A DNA stretch of 64,000 bases from Bryobacterales bacterium (GTDB lineage Bacteria > Acidobacteriota > Terriglobia > Bryobacterales > Bryobacteraceae): positions 5,389-69,388 of the forward strand of contig CAWITB010000010.1 in NCBI GenBank assembly GCA_963838885.1. Reading direction: 5' to 3'. Position 1 is the stretch's first letter, and every line of letters begins with the position of its first letter. The notes under the pieces were generated by a model, which was not told the DNA's origin, ran no database searches, and saw only the letters and a list, made by a program, of their open reading frames with translations. Below, one piece after another: positions 27,788 to 37,392 of this stretch. The translations under genes were made by a program, and so were the position numbers.

Positions 27788-29533
27788 TCACGGAGCTAAA
27801 CGCGCGAGCTGTTCGCGCGCGACCTGATTTTCCGGGTCGAGGGCCAACGCATGCCGATAATCGTTCGCTGCCGAGCCGCGGTCCCCTTCTATGAGGTACA
27901 CATTGCCCCGATTCACGTATGTCATCGCAAATTTTGGATCAAGGCGGGCGGCGCGATTCAACGCCTCCAGCGCTTCCGGCAATTTTTGCTCCTTCGCATA
28001 TTCCATGCCAATCTGCGAATAAACGTGCGCGTTCGGCTCGAGCGCGGCCGCTTGCTGTAACTTGGACAGGGCATTCTCGCGATCGCCCATGCAATCGTAG
28101 GCGAGGCCCCAATCGAGCAGCAGCGAAAAATCCGGCTTCGCGATTGCCGCTGTCTGGGAATACTGTTTCACTGCGCCGCCGCACCGGCCGGCGGCGTACA
28201 TCGCATGCGCCAGTTGGAACGACGGCCGTACCTTATGAGGCGAGTCCGCGGCCGTCTGTTGCCACATGGCGATGGCGTCGCCCCACAGTAAATTGCGTTG
28301 ATACGCGAGCGTCCCCTCGACCAACAGCAGCCCGCCGAGTGTCGCAATGACAACGCCGCGCCCCGCTTTCCAGCGCCGTACAAATTCGGCGGTAATCAGA
28401 AGCAGGCCGATGAACGGCAGGTAGAGGCGGCGCTCGGCGTAAACGTCTTTCAGCGGCACGATGGACGACGTCGGCGCGAGCAGAAGAAGGAACACGAACC
28501 AGCCATAGGATGCTAGAGGAAAGCGGCGGCGGTATATCCAGGCCGCAACCGATACTCCGATCAGAGCCGCCAATCCCGCGATCGCGGCGGGATCGGAAAC
28601 GGAATGCGTTACCGCAATATCGGGATCGAGATTCAGCCGGAACGGAAATACGAATAGAAAAAGATACTTCCAGATGACGCGGCATTCCGTCAAGAAATAC
28701 TGATACCAGGCGATTCCTTTCACGTTGAAGCCCGCGGATGTCGCGTTCTTCAGGACAAACACCCAGACGAACGCTCCCGCAAGCGCCGCGAGAATGGCCA
28801 TCGTTCCGTAGAGTTTCCAGTTCCGCCGTATGGCCGCGGTCGTGAATCCCGGATTCCAGTAAAAATCGGTGAGGAGCAACAGCGCGGGCAGGATTACGGC
28901 GTGCTCCTTGCTCAAGCACGCCAGACCGAACAGAGCGAGAACCGCCGCAATGCGCCCCGGGGCGAGAGCGCCGTTTCCGTACAAGAAAACCACGAACGCC
29001 GCGAGGAAGAAACACACGCTCAAGGTTTCCGAGCGGCTGGCGATATAGCTCACCGCTTCCGTTTGAATCGGATGCAGCAGGAAGAGGCCGACGGCGAATA
29101 GCGCAACCGATTCACGCGTCCATGTCCTCGCGGCCGCGGCCTTCTCGAGAAGCTTGCGCACAGCCAGAAAAATCAATCCGCCGTTGATCAGGTGCAGCAG
29201 CACATTGAAGAAGTGGTAGGAGTACGTGTTTTGTCCGCTCTGCTGAAAGTTGAGCCAATAAGAAAACATCAGGAGCGGGCGAAGGCCACCGATCCACGCC
29301 CGCAGAGGCGCTCTGGCGAAACCGTCGATGCGGTAGGGAAGATAATCGTCGTCGAGCAGGAATGGCCCGTTCAGCGCCGGACCGTAAACAGCGAAGACCA
29401 CAAACAGCGCTACCGCCGCGCCGATGAGGATGGGCCACAAGGGCCGAGAGGCGGACCGGCGCGGTGCGGGAGCCACGGCGGCCGCCGCCGTGCGCCCATT
29501 GACCGCCGACTTTCTTTTACCGCTTTTCACCAC
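27788..29533 (-). CDS. GT-C-fold membrane glycosyltransferase with C-terminal TPR domain (copy 2)
   Basis: 581 aa, five amino-acid differences from copy 1 in the ORF track. Confidence 0.7.
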   Translation of the reverse strand: MVKSGKRKSAVNGRTAAAAVAPAPRRSASRPLWPILIGAAVALFVVFAVYGPALNGPFLLDDDYLPYRIDGFARAPLRAWIGGLRPLLMFSYWLNFQQSGQNTYSYHFFNVLLHLINGGLIFLAVRKLLEKAAAARTWTRESVALFAVGLFLLHPIQTEAVSYIASRSETLSVCFFLAAFVVFLYGNGALAPGRIAAVLALFGLACLSKEHAVILPALLLLTDFYWNPGFTTAAIRRNWKLYGTMAILAALAGAFVWVFVLKNATSAGFNVKGIAWYQYFLTECRVIWKYLFLFVFPFRLNLDPDIAVTHSVSDPAAIAGLAALIGVSVAAWIYRRRFPLASYGWFVFLLLLAPTSSIVPLKDVYAERRLYLPFIGLLLITAEFVRRWKAGRGVVIATLGGLLLVEGTLAYQRNLLWGDAIAMWQQTAADSPHKVRPSFQLAHAMYAAGRCGGAVKQYSQTAAIAKPDFSLLLDWGLAYDCMGDRENALSKLQQAAALEPNAHVYSQIGMEYAKEQKLPEALEALNRAARLDPKFAMTYVNRGNVYLIEGDRGSAANDYRHALALDPENQVAREQLARLAP

Positions 29534-30266
29534 CCGCTAACTTCCTCCTTCTACCCTCGAATTTCAGCACGTTCACAAACACTCCCAGCAGCACGTGAAC
29601 AATGTAGTAGAGCGACTTGAGCGGCGTAATCGAACTGCGGCCGGCCATGCGCCGCCTCATCCGGCAGGATACTTCCTGAAATTGGAAACGCCGTCGCTGC
29701 AGAACGACCAGCGTCTCTATCTCAGGATATTCCAGGGGAAAGCTCTTCGTGAACACTTCGAGCGCCTGCTGGTTAACGCCCACAAACCCGGAGGTCGGAT
29801 CGCGCACGGGCCTTCCTAGAATGGGCCGTAGCACCATGCGGAACACTTGTATTCCCATGGCGCGCACAATGCTCGAATGATAGCCGTCGCGCTCGTCGAA
29901 GCGCGATCCGATCACCATCTGGCAACCCGAGCCGCGCAACGCATCGAGAATGCGCGGAATGTCGCGCGGATCGTGCTGGCCGTCGCCATCGATGCGAATC
30001 ACGTAATGATATCCCAGCTCGAAGGCAAGCTTGTAGCCGGCCTGGACGCATCCGCCCAAGCCCAGATGATGCGGCAGAGGCAGTACGTCCGCGCCCGCGG
30101 CCGCCGCGGCGCTTTTCGTCGCGTCGAGCGAGCAATCGTCGATCACCAACACCGGCGCGCCTGGCAGAACTTCATGCAACTCCCGCACGACGCTCGCAAT
30201 GGCGGCCTCTTCGTTGAAGGCCGGAATGATCACCAGGTAATCGTCGGGGCCGGTGGCGAGCCTCAC
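29517..30266 (-). CDS. GT2 polyprenyl-phosphate glycosyltransferase (Dpm1/GtrB-like) (copy 2)
   Basis: Protein identical to copy 1 in the ORF track. The nucleotide differences I found are silent. Confidence 0.8.
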   Translation of the reverse strand: MRLATGPDDYLVIIPAFNEEAAIASVVRELHEVLPGAPVLVIDDCSLDATKSAAAAAGADVLPLPHHLGLGGCVQAGYKLAFELGYHYVIRIDGDGQHDPRDIPRILDALRGSGCQMVIGSRFDERDGYHSSIVRAMGIQVFRMVLRPILGRPVRDPTSGFVGVNQQALEVFTKSFPLEYPEIETLVVLQRRRFQFQEVSCRMRRRMAGRSSITPLKSLYYIVHVLLGVFVNVLKFEGRRRKLAGGEKR

Positions 30267-31270
30267 AGCGCCGCGACCTTGCGCGGAGCGATGGAATACT
30301 CGCGGAGCAGGCGATGAAACTGCCTCGGACTCAGGCGCCGCCGTATTCGCCGGCGCTGCTCACGCAGGCGGCCGATGTTGCGCAGCAGTGCGGCGTGCGC
30401 GCGCAGGACCGTAACAACCAAGCCCGCGGGACGATGTCCCGCCTGCCGATAAGCAGCCGTCGTCCCCTGGCCTTTCCACGCGTACATGGCGTGCCAGAAG
30501 TAGCGCGCCAGAGAGTAGAACGGCGCCGCCCACAGCATACGAGACGGAAAATTCTTGGCAAGCAAAAAGAGGCGATTGCGCTCCACATAGTACGCCTTCA
30601 AGGGCGAAGCGCGGCCGGCCGAATGCGAGTAGCGATGCTCCACCACGGCATCCGGCGCGTAAACGCATTCCCACGCCGCCCAGCGCGCGCGAAGCCCCAA
30701 ATCGGTGTCCTCGCAATACAAGAAAAAGGATTCGTCGAAGAGACCGATCTCATCGAGCATCTCGCGCTTATAGAGGGCGGCGCATCCGCTTGGCAGTAAA
30801 GCATGGCGGCGCCGCGCATACCGATCGCTTTCCTGCCCGGGGACATCCAAATGGCCGCACTGCTTGCTGCTGCCGTCGCCGCACACGAGCATTCCGGCGG
30901 AGTCCAGCCGTCCCTCGCCCAGCAAGCGTATTTGCGAAGCGCACATCCCGATCTCGTGCCGTTCCGCGATGGCGGCCACTAGCGCTGCGAGCCATTCCGG
31001 CCGCGGCTCCGCGTCATCGTTCAATGTTGCGATATATAGGGCGGTGGAAGCGCGAATGGCTTGGTTGACGGCCGCGCCAAATCCTACGTTCGCGCCGTTG
31101 TAAATCACGTGGACGCCATCGCGGGCGGTAACGGCGCGCCGTCCGCTGTTATCGACGACGATGACTTCGAAATCCCGCAGTGTCTGCCGCGCGAGCGCCT
31201 CCAGACAAGCCTCCAATGCATCGTCCGCGGCCAAAGTCGGCACTACTACCGTCACGCTCGGATTCGGCAA
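30263..31270 (-). CDS. GT2 family glycosyltransferase (copy 2)
   Basis: 335 aa, about 9 substitutions relative to copy 1. Confidence 0.8.
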   Translation of the reverse strand: MPNPSVTVVVPTLAADDALEACLEALARQTLRDFEVIVVDNSGRRAVTARDGVHVIYNGANVGFGAAVNQAIRASTALYIATLNDDAEPRPEWLAALVAAIAERHEIGMCASQIRLLGEGRLDSAGMLVCGDGSSKQCGHLDVPGQESDRYARRRHALLPSGCAALYKREMLDEIGLFDESFFLYCEDTDLGLRARWAAWECVYAPDAVVEHRYSHSAGRASPLKAYYVERNRLFLLAKNFPSRMLWAAPFYSLARYFWHAMYAWKGQGTTAAYRQAGHRPAGLVVTVLRAHAALLRNIGRLREQRRRIRRRLSPRQFHRLLREYSIAPRKVAAL

Positions 31271-31428
31271 AGCTTGATTTTACTATCCGGGCGAAGCGCG
31301 GGAGTTGACGGGCCCGAGGGCGTCCGCAATCGCCGGGCTCTCGCCGGGTACGTCTCAGGAGGGTCCCCAGCGCTTCACCTCGATGCGCCGAGTACCGCAG
31401 TGGCTGGCTTTGCCTGTGAACGGTAGGC

Positions 31429-31773
31429 CGCCAGAGGACCGGACCTCGACCGCGATTAGCGTACTGCCTGGTAGATGCGATCGCTCGAAGCGCGGCGAAG
31501 CGATCGAGAAATATACCGGCGGTGCATACAGTCAGCACAACCGGCTAATGCTTTACCCGCAAGGCGAAGCAATACCCCGAAAAGCGTCCACTCCAAGCGC
31601 GCGGATCGCTGAAGGCAACTATGTCGTGCTGCATTGCCGGCAGGAGTGGCAGGGGATCGCGATTGGGCCGGGATCGACATTTCCGGCTCGATGAGAACGG
31701 CGAAATTGTCAAGCGATGGGACGTGCTCCAGGTCGCGCCGGAGGCGTCGGCCAACAGTAACACCATGTTGTGA
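31429..31773 (+). pseudogene. decayed SnoaL-like/NTF2-fold gene (copy 2), approximate bounds
   Basis: Same fragments as copy 1. The C-terminal FRLDENGEIVKRWDVLQVAPEASANSNTML-stop is intact here but out of frame with the upstream pieces. Confidence 0.4.
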
Positions 31774-31804
31774 GGGCCGTTGGCGTGATATCTTGACTAT
31801 TCAA

Positions 31805-32924
31805 ATGCGAATCGCTCATTTCGCGGTGCTCCTGGCCGCCGCGCCCCTCCTGACCGCCGCTCCAAAACGGTATTTCGTCTACTTCGGCACCTACACTGGC
31901 CCGAAGAGCAAAGGCATCTACGTCGCTCGCTTCGACGCGGGTACGGGCAAAGTAGAGCCGCTCAGCGTAGCCGCCGAAATGAAGAACCCGTCTTTCGTCG
32001 CGCCTCACCCCAACGGCCGTTTCTTATACGCCGTCAGCGAGGAACGAGGCGGGAGCGCCAGCGCCTTCTCCATCGACCGCAATAGCGGAGCTCTGACGCT
32101 GCTCAACACGGTATCGTCCAAAGGAAACGGGCCCTGCTACGCGCGCGTCGACAAGACCGGCCGGGCGCTGTTGGTGGCCAATTACGGCAGCGGCACCTTC
32201 GCGGTTTTCCCCATCGAAGCCGACGGCAAGCTCAAGGAGGCCTCCGCGACAATTCAGGACCAAGGCAAGGCAAGCATGCCCGTCCGCCAGGGCGGCCCGC
32301 ACGCGCACTCGCTGAATCCCTCGAATGACGACCGCTTCGCCGTGGGCGCCGACCTCGGCCTCGACAAGCTCTTCGTCTTTAAATTCGACGCCGCGGCCGG
32401 TACTCTCACGCCCAACAATCCGCCTTATGCGGAACTCAAGCCCGGATCCGGACCACGCCATTTCGCTTTCCATCCCAACGGGAAGTTCGCGTACGTAACC
32501 GATGAAATCTCCTCGAACGTGGTCGCCTTCCGCTGGGACGCCGCGGCCGGAACGCTGCACGAGCTTCAAACTATCTCGACTATTCCAGCGGACTTCAAAG
32601 GCGAGAACACGACAGCCGAAATCCTGGTCCATCCCTCCGGAAATTTTCTCTATGATTCGAATCGCGGAGCCGATAGCATAGCCGTGTTTCGCATCGACAA
32701 AAGCAAAGGTACGCTCACCGCCGTGTACCAAACCTCGACGCAAGGAAACGTCCCGCGCGGCTTCGGCATCGATCCGACCGGCTCGTTTCTGATCGCCGGT
32801 AATCAGAAATCGGACAATATCGTGGTCTTCCGCATCGACAAGAGCCAGCGGTAAATTGACGCCTACCGGTCAAACGCTGGAGGTCGGCGGCCCCGTTTGC
32901 GTGAAATTCGTCCCGCTTCAATAG
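31805..32924 (+). pseudogene. beta-propeller lactonase, frameshifted near the 3-prime end (copy 2)
   Basis: An extra C (agccagcgg vs agcagcgg, near 32836) truncates the ORF at 32854. The copy-1 tail GKLTPTGQTLEVGGPVCVKFVPLQ is still encoded out of frame up to TAG 32922-32924. Confidence 0.75.
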
Positions 32925-32957
32925 CGCCTCAAGTTAGCCGAATAGTAAAGCCGCCGT

Positions 32958-33885
32958 TCACTTGCCGAATCTGAAATTCCAGGAGTTACGCGACAAGCCC
33001 TTCAGCTCTTCGCGTGAAAACCCGAACTCGCCGGCTGCAATCTCGAACTCGCGCGGCAAAGAAGTCCCAAACAGCGCCGGATCGTCGCTGTTCAACGTAA
33101 TCGGCACGCCCGCATCGAAGAGCTCCCGCACGGGATGCGCGCTCAAAGACGCGACCGCCCCCGTTCGCACATTCGAGGTGATGCAAATTTCCAGTGGCAC
33201 GCGGCGGTCTCGTAGGGCCGTCATCAGAATCGGATCCCGAGCGGCGGCGATTCCGTGTCCAATGCGCTCCGCCCCGATGGCGAGCGCCGCCCATACCGAC
33301 TCCGGCCCGGCGGTTTCCCCGGCATGACACACCAGCCGCAATCCGCCGTCGCGCGCGTACGCGAATACGTCGCGGAACCATTCCGCCGGTCCGCGAATTT
33401 CGTCCCCCCCGATCCCGAACGCGACCACGCCCTGGTCCCGCCGCGAAACGGCGAACTCGGCGACGCGCCTGCCCGGCTCCGCCCCGAACTGCCGCACGGC
33501 GTCGAGTATCCAGAACACCTTCACGGGCGCGCGCAGCGATTCCCGCCATAACGCTTCATATACATCCGCAAGGGACTGCTCCTTCCAGAGGACGACTCCG
33601 GCCGAAAGCGTCACCTCGGCGTATTCGATGCGCTGTTCGGTGAAACGCTCGAACATTCGGCGCGCCGCAATCGCGTAATGCTCCGGCGACCGTCAATTTA
33701 CGGGTGACCCAAACGAAGGCGCGCAGAAATCCGGCGAAATCGTCGAATGTGGTATTCGCGACGATTTCCCCGCAGGTCAGCGCAGGATCGATCTCCAGTA
33801 AGGCCTCCACCCCGATCGCGCCCTCCAGATGAACGTGTAGCTCGGCAAGGGGGGCCGCTAAAAGATCGCCGGACATCGTTGCCAT
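32958..33885 (-). pseudogene. add: adenosine deaminase, frameshifted in the N-terminal third (copy 2)
   Basis: Split into ORFs 33556..33885 and 32958..33656. The break coincides with a 13-nt AT-rich substituted patch (33691-33703) that is 1 nt longer than in copy 1. The C-terminal tail is intact here. Confidence 0.75.
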
Positions 33886-33991
33886 GGTAACGGCAGCACG
33901 CTAGCGGCCGTGACGCGAGGGAGCGGCGATCACATCTCTTGCATGCGCCGAACCGGATCCCGCCGGCGCTGCGCCACGGCGCCGAGCGCCA

Positions 33992-34597
33992 TTACATGGC
34001 CGCGTCGCCGTCCAGACTGCGCCACAAATACCACGATGCGATCGAGCGGTAAGGATGCCAGCGGCGGCCGAGTTTTTCGATTCTGGCGGGCTTGGGGAGC
34101 GCCCGCATGCGATATGCTTTGCGGATGGCGGAGCGGACGCCGAAGTCGCCGGTGGGCAGGATGTTGGGACGGCGCAGGGCGAAAATCAGGAACATGTGCG
34201 CGGTCCACACGCCCACTCCCTTAACGCGCGTGAGGCGCTCGATCACCTCTTCGTCGGTCATTCGCGGGAAACTGCTGAAGTCAATCTCACCCGAGCGGGT
34301 GCGCTCGGCCAAGTCGCGGATGTAGGCTGTCTTCTGGCCGGAAAGTCCGGCGGCGCGCATCTGTTCGGCCGTAAGACCAAGGATGGCATCGGGCGTAATG
34401 TTTCCTTGCGGCAGCGCGCCGATCAAGCGCGCCAGTATGATGGCCGCAGCCTTCCCGTTAAGCTGCTGATATACAATAGATCGCACCAGCGACTGAAAAT
34501 CCGGGTCGCGAAAATCGATGCGGCATTCCCCGACGCGCTCGATGATGGCCGCAAGCACCGGATCCGCCTGCTTTAGATGAACGATGGCTTCCTGCAT
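33992..34597 (-). CDS. DNA-3-methyladenine glycosylase II family protein (copy 2)
   Basis: 201 aa, one substitution (C to R) relative to copy 1. Confidence 0.8.
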   Translation of the reverse strand: MQEAIVHLKQADPVLAAIIERVGECRIDFRDPDFQSLVRSIVYQQLNGKAAAIILARLIGALPQGNITPDAILGLTAEQMRAAGLSGQKTAYIRDLAERTRSGEIDFSSFPRMTDEEVIERLTRVKGVGVWTAHMFLIFALRRPNILPTGDFGVRSAIRKAYRMRALPKPARIEKLGRRWHPYRSIASWYLWRSLDGDAAM

Positions 34598-34642
34598 GGA
34601 ACTGGCCGCGCGAGCGGCGCATCTATTGAACAGTATAAATAC

Positions 34643-35635
34643 ATGCGTACCGCCGCCCTGTTCGCTTTTCCGGCGCTGCTACTTGCACAACCCGCCGCTC
34701 CGCCCGCCTCTCCCCAGCAGGAGCCTGCTCCTCCCAGCATTCAAGTCAACGTTGAGCTCGTTAACGTCCTGTTTACCGTGCGCGACAAGCGCGGCGGATT
34801 GGTCGGCAACCTGAACAAGGACGACTTCACCATTGCCGAAGACGGCAAACAGCAAGAGATCAAGTACTTTACGCGCGAGACCGATATTCCGATCACCATC
34901 GGACTCCTCGTCGACGTGAGCGCCAGTCAGGGCAATCTGATCGGGATCGAACAGCAGGCCGCCTATCAATTTTTCGGTCAGGTCTTGCGGCCCAAGGATT
35001 TGGCATTTTTGATCAGCTTTGGCGCCGATGCCGATCTTCTGCAGGACTATACCAATTCGACGAAACTACTTCGCGCCGGCTTGCAGGATCTTAAGGTCAA
35101 CTCGAGCGTGGGCGGGCTCAGCCCCGGGCCCGTGCCCACGGTATACCAGCCTCGCGGGACGATTCTCTACGACGCCGTCTATCTGGCGGCGCACGATCAG
35201 CTAAAAGGCCAAGTCGGGCGCAAGGCGCTGGTTCTGATCACGGACGGCGTAGACGAGGGCAGCCGCTACAAAATTCAGGACGCGATCGAAGCGGCGCAAA
35301 AAGCCGACGCGGTGATTTACAGCATCTATTACGTCGACCGCGGATTCTATATGCGCAACGGCGGGGGATTCAACTTTGGGGGCGGCGGTGAAGGCTACCT
35401 GAATCGCATGTCGAATGAGACCGGCGGTCACGTGTTCAAGGTGGACCGCAAGCACACGCTCGAAGACGTGTTCAAAGAGATTCAGGACGATATGCGGTCG
35501 CAGTACGCTATCGCGTACTCTCCCACGAACGCCATCAAAGACGGCACCTTCCGGCGCATCGACATTCACGCCAAGGACAAGGATCTGAAGATTCAGGCCC
35601 GCAAGGGTTATTACGCCATCAAGCCGGAACAATAG
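34643..35635 (+). CDS. acidobacterial VWFA-related protein, intact (copy 2)
   Basis: Signal peptide MRTAALFAFPALLLAQ. VNVELVNVLFTVRDKRGGLVGNLNKDDFTIAEDGKQQEIKYF, VWA core, and C-terminal ...FRRIDIHAKDKDLKIQARKGYYAIKPEQ. Confidence 0.8.
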   Translation: MRTAALFAFPALLLAQPAAPPASPQQEPAPPSIQVNVELVNVLFTVRDKRGGLVGNLNKDDFTIAEDGKQQEIKYFTRETDIPITIGLLVDVSASQGNLIGIEQQAAYQFFGQVLRPKDLAFLISFGADADLLQDYTNSTKLLRAGLQDLKVNSSVGGLSPGPVPTVYQPRGTILYDAVYLAAHDQLKGQVGRKALVLITDGVDEGSRYKIQDAIEAAQKADAVIYSIYYVDRGFYMRNGGGFNFGGGGEGYLNRMSNETGGHVFKVDRKHTLEDVFKEIQDDMRSQYAIAYSPTNAIKDGTFRRIDIHAKDKDLKIQARKGYYAIKPEQ

Positions 35636-35694
35636 GGCCGGGCGCCGGGCGTCCGATTGATAACATCGGAGTTTGGCTGAGAGGGACGGCGCCA

Positions 35695-35889
35695 GTGAAG
35701 GTCCGCGATGTCATCAGATTGATCGAGAATGATGGCTCGAGGCACGTCAGCACGCGAGGGAGCCACCGCCAATATAAGCATCTCGTGAAAAAGGGACGAG
35801 TGACGGTGCCGGGTCACTCGGGGGACGACGTGCACCCTGACACGCTCAAGAGTGTTCTGAGCCAGGCTGGACTGAAAGCCAAGCTATGA
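35695..35889 (+). CDS. hicA: type II toxin HicA (mRNA interferase)
   Basis: 64 aa; MKVRDVIRLIENDG...RGSHRQYKH...VTVPGH...LKSVLSQAGLK is the canonical HicA pattern. GTG start. ATGA overlap with hicB. Confidence 0.85.
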   Translation: MKVRDVIRLIENDGSRHVSTRGSHRQYKHLVKKGRVTVPGHSGDDVHPDTLKSVLSQAGLKAKL

Positions 35890-36105
35890 AAAAGTACGCC
35901 ATTATTATCGAGCAAGGCGGAAACAATCTTTCCGCCTGGCGTCCGATCTACCCGGATGCATCGCTACCGGTAAGACCGCAGAAGAAATCGGACGAAACAT
36001 GCGGGAAGCGATTGAGTTTCACCTGGAGGGGCACGGGAAGATGGCGAGCCGATCCCGGAGCCGCATACGGCCGTTAGCTACGTGAAGCTGCAAGGAGTCG
36101 TCTAG
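35886..36105 (+). pseudogene. hicB: HicB antitoxin N-terminal domain, two frameshifts
   Basis: MKKYAIIIEQGGNNLSAW (frame A), then ASDLPGCIATGKTAEEIGRNMREAIEFHLEGHGK (frame C), then EDGEPIPEPHTAVSYVKLQGVV-stop (third frame). Together these form a typical short HicB. Confidence 0.7.
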
Positions 36106-36304
36106 CGCGAAGCTGTTTGTTCCTTGCTGTCGCGCCGTCAATTCAATGGCCTGCATTCCTCGCGCGCGCAAAGCATCCACTTCTCAGGGAAGGCGACTAC
36201 GCGCTCATGTGATTCCCTTCCACGCGGCGCGCCAATCCAGCAAAACCGCTCATAATCGGTGCAATCGGGAGTAGGCGACGCCGCCTACTGCAATCGAGGG
36301 TATC

Positions 36305-37153
36305 GTGGATCCTATGACCGCACGATTCGCTTACGGTGCAGACATAATCGAGATCATCGATTCCGTACCCGAAGACGATAGCCAGACCGCCCGTCACTTG
36401 GAGCAGCACATTGCCGACTTGAAGTACGAGGCATCAGTTGTGCAGATTCCCCTCACCCGGCGAAGAGTTGTAAGTGCGCCCGAGCTCTATGCAGAGCTGT
36501 CGCATGTCGCGAGACCGCAGTGGAGAGGAATCTCTGGCCGCTTCTGCATATCGAAGCTCATGGCAGCAACGATGGGCTCCATTGTCGGGAGGTGATGTTG
36601 TGCAATTGGCGGATCTTCAGCCCTACTTGATGGCGCTCAACAAAGCGACTCGAAACCACCTTTTCATAATGATGGCAGCCTGCAAGGGATTTCATGCGAT
36701 CAAAGCGATGTTCGAGCGCGCCGATCATGCCGTCTGCCTACGCCTTCTCGGGGGACCCGCGAGGAGACATCGGCGGGACGGCTGGAGTGTGCGATGAAGG
36801 CGTTTTACAGTTCACTTCTGCGTACCGGCGATATTAGTGAGGCTACCAGTACAGCGCAGCAAATCGAGGAGACGTTTCGGCTCTACTCGGCAGAAGAGGC
36901 ATTCATGAAGGGATGGAGGCAGGCACTGGAGCAGTTTCCCACGGGCGGTAAGGCGCTGCAGGAAAAGACTGAACAGATCGTTACGAAGATGAAGACCGAA
37001 GACTTGCCTCTGCTGGAACGTCCTCATGCGAAGACGAAGCAGGCAATACGTCAACTCGATCTGAATATTCCATTCCAAGCGTACCGAAGAAAGTTCTTCA
37101 TGCTTGATCGCTTCCCGGAGCTTGAGGCGGAGATTTCTGGTGTGAAGCTCTGA
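36305..37153 (+). pseudogene. possible CHAT/caspase-fold protease-like gene, multiply frameshifted
   Basis: Stitching frames gives ...NLWPLLHIEAHGSNDGL / GGDVVQLADLQPYLMALNKATRNHLFIMMAACKGFHAIKAM / PSAYAFSG / REETSAGRLECAMKAFYSSLLRTGDISEA... This has an HG dyad, a hydrophobic strand + AC, and a FY..L..G tail in the order seen in CHAT/C14 domains. Pattern-based only. Confidence 0.35.
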
Positions 37154-37392
37154 CGCTCTTGCATCGCAGCACCCACAGTGGAGAGATCGCCGTGTGCGCG
37201 GTTGGGCGAAGGGAAGTCGCATCCGTCAAGTTTCGAACTTGATTTTGATGGAAACACGCTACCCGAAGTAGGTTATCGCCTGCAGGTTGACGCGAAACGC
37301 GCAAACTGGAAACTTGGGCCAGGATTGGCTGTGAGATCTGCCGCACGCTGTTCGCCGTGCGCCGGCAACCCGCCGCGCTGTACGCTTGTTAC

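Larger units (their letters stand above)
26303..35619. repeat. tandem segmental duplication, copy 2 (about 9.3 kb)
   Basis: Collinear with 16943-26254. Homology ends at ...ttacgccat (35619), after which unique sequence (caagccggaacaatag) follows. Confidence 0.9.

Noticed and set aside
37154-37392. glmS ribozyme or another riboswitch in the glmS leader, and a small hairpin (CAAGTT-tcg-AACTTG) at about 37219-37233.
   Set aside because: I could not find the conserved glmS ribozyme core, and the element is not expected in this lineage. The hairpin is short and unsupported by any other signal.
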